Below are positions 45,272 to 51,509 of a stretch of DNA of 51,509 nucleotides, piece by piece; the first letter of the stretch is position 1; every line of letters begins with the position of its first letter. Location: assembly GCA_046731415.1 (NCBI GenBank), contig JBKPLD010000089.1:1-51509 (forward strand), read 5' to 3'. Source of the DNA: Verrucomicrobiota bacterium. GTDB lineage: Bacteria > Verrucomicrobiota > Verrucomicrobiia > Chthoniobacterales > UBA10450. Position numbers and translations under genes: made by a program. The notes below the pieces were generated by a model. That model saw only the letters and a program-made list of their open reading frames with translations. It ran no database searches and was not told the DNA's origin.

Positions 45272-45901
45272 ATGAAACATATGGGATGGCGGCAGCGATT
45301 GTTCAAAAGCACGAGAGGGAAAATTCTCGACCTCCTGCGAACACGAGAGCGAACAGTGAACGAACTCGCAGCAGAGTTGCGGCTGACCGATAACGCCGTG
45401 CGAGCGCACCTTGCCAGCCTCGAGCGCGATAGACTCGTGTCCCAGTCAGGTCTCAAACGAGGCGTTCGCAAACCGCACACGACTTATTCTCTTGGGCCGG
45501 AAGCCGAACAACTGTTTCCGAAGGCATACGGGCGGCTGGTGTCGCTTCTCATGTCAATATTCTCATGGCAGATTAAGCCAGGAAACCTGCGCGCCGGGAT
45601 GCGCTCCGCTGGGCGAGCAGTAGCCCGGGAACACCTGCCTGGGTTGAAGGGCAAAACCCGTCGGCAAAGAATCGATGCTGCACTACGCATTCTCAAGGAA
45701 CTCGGAGGTGCGGCCACTTTTCGTGAAGAAGACGGCAAGCACTTTATCCATGGCAACGGCTGCCCGATTGCTGCGGCTACGGCGAACCATCCCGAAGCAT
45801 GCTTGCTTGCGGAATCATTGCTCACCAGCGTCATCGGCTCGCCCGTAAAAGAACGTTGTATCCGGGGACCGACGCCCTCCTGCCGGTTCGAGGTGAAATA
45901 G
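45272..45901 (+). CDS. ArsR-family winged-helix transcriptional regulator with a Cys-containing C-terminal domain
   Basis: 209-aa ORF with 'TRGKILDLLRTRERTVNELAAELRLTDNAVRAHLASLERDRLV' (an ArsR-type HTH) and C-terminal 'GNGCPIAAATANHPEAC...PSCRF'. Confidence 0.8.
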   Translation: MKHMGWRQRLFKSTRGKILDLLRTRERTVNELAAELRLTDNAVRAHLASLERDRLVSQSGLKRGVRKPHTTYSLGPEAEQLFPKAYGRLVSLLMSIFSWQIKPGNLRAGMRSAGRAVAREHLPGLKGKTRRQRIDAALRILKELGGAATFREEDGKHFIHGNGCPIAAATANHPEACLLAESLLTSVIGSPVKERCIRGPTPSCRFEVK

Positions 45902-45977
45902 GTATTCCTTCGCCCGTTTGGCGGAACGAAAGACATCCGTTCATTGCGCCAGTTTCGTAATTTAGAATACAATAAAT

Positions 45978-45997
45978 AGTCAAATAATTAATTGACT
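45978..45997. promoter_or_regulatory. 20-bp palindrome AGTCAAA-N6-ATTGACT, second candidate operator, upstream of the doxX-like gene
   Basis: agtcaaataattaattgact has the same 7-6-7 architecture as 45224-45243 (6/7 in the right arm). It ends 33 nt before ATG 46030. Confidence 0.45.
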
Positions 45998-46029
45998 TAT
46001 TACGATAGAATCAACCACCATTGCCAGCC

Positions 46030-46437
46030 ATGAATACAACCGATAACCAATCACACGCCGCGACGAATTCGCCTTCATATCAAGCATATTGGATCCTTCA
46101 TTTTGGATTCACCGTTGCCCCGATCCTCGCCGGGTTGGACAAGTTTTTCCACCTGCTGACGAATTGGGACCAGTACCTTCCTGGAGTAGTAGCGAATGCG
46201 TCGCCAATAGCGCCGCACACGCTGATGCTTATTGTTGGCGTGATCGAGATTGTGGCCGGACTTGGAGTTTGGCTTAAACCACGGATTTTCGCCTACGTCG
46301 TGGCCGCCTGGCTTGCGGTGATCATAGTAAATCTGTTACTGATCCCCGGGTACTTCGATGTGGCGCTGCGGGACTTTGGACTATTACTTGGCGCCCTTGC
46401 CCTGGCTCGATTGAGCCAGCAGTTCTCGCGCGGCTAA
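46030..46437 (+). CDS. DoxX-like small integral membrane protein
   Basis: The ORF runs 46021 (TTG)-46437, with ATG at 46030. It has four hydrophobic helices, and 'ILHFGFTVAPILAGLDKFF' and 'GVIEIVAGLGVWLKP' are DoxX-like. Confidence 0.65.
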   Translation: MNTTDNQSHAATNSPSYQAYWILHFGFTVAPILAGLDKFFHLLTNWDQYLPGVVANASPIAPHTLMLIVGVIEIVAGLGVWLKPRIFAYVVAAWLAVIIVNLLLIPGYFDVALRDFGLLLGALALARLSQQFSRG

Positions 46438-46467
46438 TCGATCGTCCGCTAACGGCGCAAAGTAGGC

Positions 46468-46662
46468 GGAAGTCAGGCAGCTTGTCCACCACAGGACGGA
46501 TTCGCCGTGGCGAACCTGACCGGACGGACGGCATCTTGCCGTCCATCTGTAAAGCTGGAAGCTTTACTTCCCCCGGCCGGCGGGTTTCCAGCCTGCCGAG
46601 CCTATTGCCGGTTCGACAAGCAAGATGCTTGTCGGTCGAGACAAGCTGGAAGCATGTCTTCC
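46468..46662 (+). repeat. family C structured repeat, copy 2 (195 bp, with extra internal hairpins)
   Basis: The sequence is ggaagtcaggcagcttgtcc...gtggcgaacctgaccggacggacggcatcttgccgtccat...cgacaagcaagatgcttgtcg...ctggaagcatgtcttcc. It has the same orientation as copy 1 and abuts the folE stop codon. Confidence 0.8.
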
Positions 46663-47291
46663 TAATCTTTCAACAGCGAAAGGAACTCAGACCGGGTGCG
46701 CGCGTCGTCCTTGAAAACACCGAGCAGACAGGATGTTTTCATGACTGAGTTCTGCTTTTCAACACCTCGCATCATCATGCAGAGATGCTTAGCCTCCACC
46801 ACCACCGCCACGCCAGAGGGCTCAAGGCAATTCATGAGTGACTCGGCAATCTGCGTGGTGAGATTCTCCTGAATCTGCAAGCGCCGGGCAAAAACGTCGA
46901 CAATACGCGCAACCTTGGAAAGGCCGATTACCTTTCCGTTTGGAATGTACGCCACGTGCGCGCGGCCAATGAACGGAAGCAGATGATGCTCGCATAGCGA
47001 ATAAAGTTCGATGTCTTTTACCAGAATGATCTCGCTCGCGCTGGACTCGAACACAGCGTCGTTAATGATCTCATCGAGATCCTGGCGATAACCTTGCGTG
47101 AGAAATTCCAAAGCATGTGCCGCTCGATCTGGAGTCCGACGCAGCCCTTCGCGGTCGACGTCTTCGCCAATGCTGTGAAGTAATTCCCGATACGCTTTCG
47201 CGATCTTATCGAGGTCCTTTTCCTGGAGTCGATTGTTCTCGCGCGCGAAGGGCTCCTCAACATCGAGATCGGAATTGCGTCGTTGAATCAT
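46662..47291 (-). CDS. folE: GTP cyclohydrolase I (FolE type IA)
   Basis: 209-aa ORF with '[22 protein letters not shown]' and '[15 protein letters not shown]'. Confidence 0.95.
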   Translation of the reverse strand: MIQRRNSDLDVEEPFARENNRLQEKDLDKIAKAYRELLHSIGEDVDREGLRRTPDRAAHALEFLTQGYRQDLDEIINDAVFESSASEIILVKDIELYSLCEHHLLPFIGRAHVAYIPNGKVIGLSKVARIVDVFARRLQIQENLTTQIAESLMNCLEPSGVAVVVEAKHLCMMMRGVEKQNSVMKTSCLLGVFKDDARTRSEFLSLLKD

Positions 47292-47328
47292 AAGTTGTGT
47301 TGGAATTAACTTAGCACAATCTCAATGT

Positions 47329-47355
47329 GTCATGTCGAGCGAAGTCGAGATATCC
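47329..47355. repeat. solitary family A terminal-repeat-like half site
   Basis: The sequence is gtcatgtcgagcgaagtcgagatatcc. It lies between the hmgA stop and the folE start. Confidence 0.45.
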
Positions 47356-47416
47356 CGTGACGGCACTGGCCAGTCATTTCACGCGATTCTTCAACGTCGT
47401 TTGGATGCCACTGCAG

Positions 47417-48601
47417 CTAATCGAGCCAGCTCTGAGGATATTTTGGATCATCCAACGCCAGCGACTCTTCGGTCAGATCAAGCGTGTGCTGGGTGTCGAA
47501 CATCACGGCGAGCTCTTCCGTGCGCGTTGCATTCCTGCTTGCCAGGATCGTCCCCGGGTGTGGCCCGTGCGGAATCCCGCGAGGATGCAGCGTAATCGAA
47601 CCGCTCTCAATTCCGCGCCGTGAACCAAAATTCCCGCGCACGTAAAAGAGAACCTCATCAGCTTCCACGTTGTCGTGCACCCACGGAATTCTTACCGCTT
47701 CTGGATGCGTATCGAGCATCCGCGGCGCAAAAGTGCAAACTACATAACCGCGAATTTCAAAAGTCTGATGAATCGGTGGCGGCTGATGGACCGTACCGGT
47801 GATCGGCTCGAAATCCTGTGCGTTGAACGTGAACGGGTAGAGATAACCATCCCAGCCGACCGCGTCGAACGGATGATGAGCCAGCGTGACCCGCGTGAGT
47901 CGTGCCCCATCTTTTACGAGAACATCGGCGTCTTCCTCCTTATCGACCGTAATTATTTCGCGAGGGCCGTGAAGGTCGCGCTCGGAGTACGGCGCGCCCA
48001 TTTTGATTTGCCCTTCGTGGTTCAGGTAGCGCTGCGGGATCCGAACAGGGCCGACTGATTCGAGAATGAGATAGTCCTCCTCTTCAATCTGGTCCGGCAC
48101 GAGCCTGTAGGTGATTCCGCGCGGTATGACGATGTAATCCTCGGCGCGGTACGGTAGTTTGCCGAAGACCGATTCCATTACGCCGCCGCCGTGAAACACG
48201 AAAATGATTTCGTCGGCGCCGCCGTTTTTGTAATATTGAAATTTGTCGTACGCCTTCGCTGGCCTGCCGCGATAGGCGATTACATCTTGATTAAACAACA
48301 TGGGGACGCGTCCCGTGTAGAGATCGCCGCGCCGCGGGATATTTGCGGTCTTCAAATGGTGATGTCGCAGCGGGCTGTCAGTCACCTTTTTCGGTTCCCA
48401 GTGTTTGAGTAACTCGACATTGCGCACGCGCGTAGGCGGCCGCAGGTGATACATAATCGAGTACGCCTCATCAAATCCCTGTGTTGTGAAGACGTGCTCA
48501 TAGGCGATGCCTTCGTTCTTGTACGAAGGTGTCGATCCGTTGCGATGGAACCAGATATGATGTTTCCTCGGAATCTCTCCGAGTCTTTGATAATACGGCA
48601 T
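47417..48601 (-). CDS. hmgA: homogentisate 1,2-dioxygenase (short ~390-aa form)
   Basis: 394-aa ORF with the N-terminus 'MPYYQRLGEIPRKHHIWF' and a cupin region 'ADEVLFYVRGNFGSRRGIESGSITLHPRGIPHGPHPG'. GGAGG lies 8 nt upstream of the ATG. Confidence 0.9.
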   Translation of the reverse strand: MPYYQRLGEIPRKHHIWFHRNGSTPSYKNEGIAYEHVFTTQGFDEAYSIMYHLRPPTRVRNVELLKHWEPKKVTDSPLRHHHLKTANIPRRGDLYTGRVPMLFNQDVIAYRGRPAKAYDKFQYYKNGGADEIIFVFHGGGVMESVFGKLPYRAEDYIVIPRGITYRLVPDQIEEEDYLILESVGPVRIPQRYLNHEGQIKMGAPYSERDLHGPREIITVDKEEDADVLVKDGARLTRVTLAHHPFDAVGWDGYLYPFTFNAQDFEPITGTVHQPPPIHQTFEIRGYVVCTFAPRMLDTHPEAVRIPWVHDNVEADEVLFYVRGNFGSRRGIESGSITLHPRGIPHGPHPGTILASRNATRTEELAVMFDTQHTLDLTEESLALDDPKYPQSWLD

Positions 48602-48618
48602 TGTCGTTTCCTCCCCTT

Positions 48619-49758
48619 TTACAAATTACCTCTGGCTTCTTGTTCGCGTTCAATGGCTTCGAAGAGCGCCTTGAAATTGCCTTTGCCAAAGCTCTTTGCG
48701 CCTTTGCGTTGAATAATTTCGAAAAAGAGCGTGGGACGGTCCTCTACCGGTTTGGTAAATATTTGCAGCAAATAACCTTCATCATCGCGATCAACAAGGA
48801 TGCCCAGGCGCTTTAGAGCGTTGAGCTCTTCATCGATATGACCCACACGATCGAGCAACGTTTCATAGTAAGTCGAAGGAATCTGCAAGAATTCGACGCC
48901 GCGTTTTTGCAGGCCCGTTACCGTTTCGATGATGTTGTTTGTCGCCATGGCGATGTGCTGCACACCTTCGCCGTCATAAAACTCAAGATATTCTTCCACC
49001 TGCGATTTCTTTTTACCTTCTGCTGGCTCATTGATCGGAAACTTCACGAATCCGTTCCCATTGCTCATTACCTTGCTCATCAGTGCAGAGTACTCGGTGG
49101 AAATATCTTTATCGTCGAAAGTGAGAATGTTCCGAAATCCCATCACCTCTTCGTAAAACTTTACCCATGGATTCATCTGACCCCATCCAACATTGCCCAC
49201 GCAATGATCGACATGTTGCAGTCCGGTCTCAGGCGGGTTGTAGGCCGATTCCCATCTGCGGAACCCAGGCAGGAACGGGCCGCGGTAATTGTCGCGCTCA
49301 ACGAAAAGATGAACGACATCGCCATAGGTGTGGATGCCGCTTACGACAACCTCGCCATGCTCATCTGACAGTGTCTTGGGCTCCATGTAACTCTTTCCGC
49401 CACGCTTCGTGGTTTCTTTCCAGGCAGAGGTAGCGTCCCCCACGCGCAACGCCAGCGTCTTTACACCATCTCCATGCTTGTAAATGTGATCCGCGATCGG
49501 GTTCTTCGCTCGGATCGGCGTCGTTAGCACGAACGTGATTTTGTTCTGTCGAATCGCGTAGCTCGCTCGATCTCGTACGCCAGTCTCAGGCCCAGAGTAG
49601 GCAAGGCTCTGAAATCCAAAGGCTGTTTTGTAAAAATTCGCCGCCTGTTTGGCGTTACCGACGTAGAACTCAACGTAATCGGTGCCGTGCAGCGGCAGAA
49701 AATCTTCCTCGATTACCGGTGCTTTCTTAGTTTTTGGAGCAGCAATTGTCGTTGGCAT
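48619..49758 (-). CDS. hppD: 4-hydroxyphenylpyruvate dioxygenase
   Basis: The ORF runs 48619-49797. ATG 49758 is preceded by GGGAGG. It has 'HGTDYVEFYVGNAKQAANFY', 'GVQHIAMATNNI' and the C-terminus 'FFEIIQRKGAKSFGKGNFKALFEAIEREQEARGNL'. Confidence 0.93.
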   Translation of the reverse strand: MPTTIAAPKTKKAPVIEEDFLPLHGTDYVEFYVGNAKQAANFYKTAFGFQSLAYSGPETGVRDRASYAIRQNKITFVLTTPIRAKNPIADHIYKHGDGVKTLALRVGDATSAWKETTKRGGKSYMEPKTLSDEHGEVVVSGIHTYGDVVHLFVERDNYRGPFLPGFRRWESAYNPPETGLQHVDHCVGNVGWGQMNPWVKFYEEVMGFRNILTFDDKDISTEYSALMSKVMSNGNGFVKFPINEPAEGKKKSQVEEYLEFYDGEGVQHIAMATNNIIETVTGLQKRGVEFLQIPSTYYETLLDRVGHIDEELNALKRLGILVDRDDEGYLLQIFTKPVEDRPTLFFEIIQRKGAKSFGKGNFKALFEAIEREQEARGNL

Positions 49759-49837
49759 AATGACCTCCCGAATCTCTGGCGCTGAATACGCCTCCAACTA
49801 TAAGTTCGGCGCCCACGCGTCGCAAGGTTGCTTGCTT

Positions 49838-49862
49838 GTCATTCCGAGCGAGCTCGAGATAC
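49838..49862. repeat. solitary family A terminal-repeat-like half site
   Basis: The sequence is gtcattccgagcgagctcgagatac, upstream of hppD. Confidence 0.45.
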
Positions 49863-49997
49863 AGCACCCGGGAGGAGCGACATGGTTGGTGGCGCAACTA
49901 CGAGAGAGTCAGCGACAAACGCGCGAGTGCCGATCTCGCCCGTCTCAATCCGCCGTTTAACGCGAATGTCGGTTAAATGTCCTTTTTGCCGGGAGGG

Positions 49998-51509
49998 CTA
50001 TCTCAACGAGACATCGTCTATCCGGAAGGTCGTGGACAACGAATAATCGGTTGTACAGCGGAATTGCAGTCGGATCGTCTGCCCCCGGTAAGCAGCAAGG
50101 CTAAACGATTTTTGTGAATAATTCCCAGGGGTTGTTTTGTCCCTGTTGCTGTAGGTGGCGATGGTTTGAAGTAATGTGCCGCTGGCATTGCGGACCTCCA
50201 CGTACAAGAAATCATAGGCCTGTGTCGTACCCTCCTGAGAGCTGCAGTTGAACCAGAAAGTTAGGCTTCCTGTAGCCGTGGTGGGGATGCTGACTGTTTG
50301 ATAAGTGTGTCCGCACACGTTGTTGTTCACGCCAAAATAGATGTAACCCGTGCCGCCGTGAGGATAATTGCCGTTGTTGGTATAAAAGGCGCCAGAACCC
50401 GACATGACCCAGGGCGATATGCTGCCTTCAAGTCCGCCATTAACGATCAATTGACTCGGAGTCCCTGTGGGCGTTGCCGTCGCGGTTGCGGTAGCAGTCG
50501 GAGTAGCTGTAGCTGTAGCCGTCGCGGTAGGAGTCGCAACCGGGGTCGCCGTGGGAGTTGCCGTTGCTGTCGCTGTTGCCGTTGGTGTCGGTGTCGGGCT
50601 GCCAGTTGCGAGCTTGAAGCTGCCAATGCGTGTGCGCCAGTTGTACGAGGTGTTCGAGGAATAGTATTCGTTTGTGTACCAGAAGGTCATGTCGTCCACA
50701 GGATCGATCGTCAACGAGCTGTAATCGCCCCAGCGATTACCGCTGCCGGTTTGGCTGCCCGCGCCGTCATAAAGATGAGCTTCGCCTTGAGCCAGAGTGT
50801 TGAGCGGGTCTGATCGCCAAACGCCCCGCATAACGAAGCTGGGGATGAATACTTGAGCTCGAAGCGCTAAAGCCGATGGCGAGATTCCCCTGCCCATCCA
50901 TCGCCGCACTCCCCATCCAGCGCCAGGTTGTGTCAGGCTGATAAGTGCTCTGCTGATAGATGGTGACTGGTCCGGAAGTCACGTTGCGCAGTTCAAACCA
51001 GCGAATTCCCGCCACGCCGCCAGAGCTTGCAGTAAAATTGCCGACCACCGATTCGTGATCGCCGAAATTCCGATAAGCCAGGCGAAACATCAAACGGTCC
51101 CCAATGCCGTCGAGATAATTTGAGCTGGTGACTCCGCTTTGAGGTACACAGGCCCGGCTGGTAGGACAAAGCGCGGTAAAACCGGCCGCCGGCGGATTGG
51201 CAAAGGTGGTAAAAGTCGAGTTCGCAGGAGTAACGAAATCCACATGGAAATGATAGGTGGTGTAATTTGGATTCGTGGCTTGGCCGGGAAATCCCACGAA
51301 ACTGTTTGGAGCACCGGTTGGCGGTAATCTCGACCCATCGAGATCTGCGGGCAGAAACGGATCGACTGATCCACCAAGAGGTCCCACCGGACTAACAAAT
51401 GTAGCAGGTTGTCCGGCCAGCATTTTCGTCCGGTCAAAGGCAAACGGCTGAGGACTGAGGTACTGCGTGCCCGACGAATTGAAAACGTTCATGCTCGTGT
51501 AATAGGCAT
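49998..51509 (-). pseudogene. secreted multi-domain protein (N-terminal propeller/sialidase-like region, Thr/Pro/Ala linker, C-terminal jelly-roll/CBM-like domain); frameshifted and 5'-truncated by the window edge
   Basis: Two overlapping minus-strand ORFs (50767-51492 and 49998-50909) read as one protein if 1 nt is removed near 50811-50820: ...IHPQLRYAGRLA|SDPLNTLAQGEAHLY.... The upstream frame remains open to position 51509. 'NRWGDYSSLTIDPVDDMTFWYTNEY' is typical of BNR/sialidase-like folds (recollection). Confidence 0.6.
50454..50606 (-). repeat. coding imperfect hexanucleotide repeat (GTNGCN on + strand) encoding a (T-P/T-A)n linker
   Basis: It translates as TGSPTPTPTATATATATPTATPVATPTATATATATPTATATATATPTGTPS. 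Confidence 0.85.

Noticed and set aside
48838-49368. 176-aa plus-strand ORF inside hppD
   Set aside because: It is an antisense shadow ORF.
50454-50606. Possible CRISPR array or other spaced-repeat array
   Set aside because: The periodicity is 6 nt and lies inside a coding linker. There are no 25-40-bp repeats with unique spacers anywhere in the window and no cas genes.
50298-50813. 171-aa and 65-aa plus-strand ORFs (Arg/Cys-rich; VAVAVGV repeats)
   Set aside because: They are antisense readings of the TP/TA-linker repeat of the minus-strand secreted protein.

Overview
This is a 51.5-kb chromosomal segment, roughly mid-50s % GC by eye, from a Gram-negative, probably soil-type bacterium. The gene content and intergenic repeat families remind me of Verrucomicrobiota/PVC-type genomes, but that assignment is only a guess. 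The window is densely coding: about 50 protein genes and one tRNA-Val(CAC). I recognised no rRNA, CRISPR, integrase, transposase, phage or defence genes. Most genes are housekeeping: cstA (partial, missing from the ORF track), valS, murI, glyQS, two different glutamate dehydrogenases, fumarylacetoacetase, a trans-sulfuration PLP enzyme, murJ, pgl, msrA, fabG, uppS, purA, uppP, glnB, an L,D-transpeptidase and an ECF sigma/anti-sigma pair. Two neighbourhoods stand out. (i) At 38.7-49.8 kb, Phe/Tyr catabolism genes (a 600-aa long-form phenylalanine-hydroxylase-like protein, hppD, hmgA) are interleaved with what looks like a dedicated de novo tetrahydrobiopterin pathway (folE, a 403-aa triple-repeat PTPS, an SDR). 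An ArsR-DoxX cassette bracketed by direct repeats sits inside it. (ii) At 24.8-29.9 kb, a sulfotransferase is followed by a dehydratase-methyltransferase-acyltransferase-dehydratase operon with a convergent fabG. This resembles the tailoring half of aryl-polyene-type clusters but lacks KS/ACP genes. The intergenic space carries three families of structured repeats: MITE-like GTCAYCCCGARCG elements, CTGTAGCGGCG...CGCCGCTACAG palindromic elements whose ends donate stop codons to four genes, and a 134-195-bp element flanking arsR-doxX. A secreted-protein gene at the right edge is frameshifted. All functional calls rest on motif recognition by eye. None has been verified by a database search.
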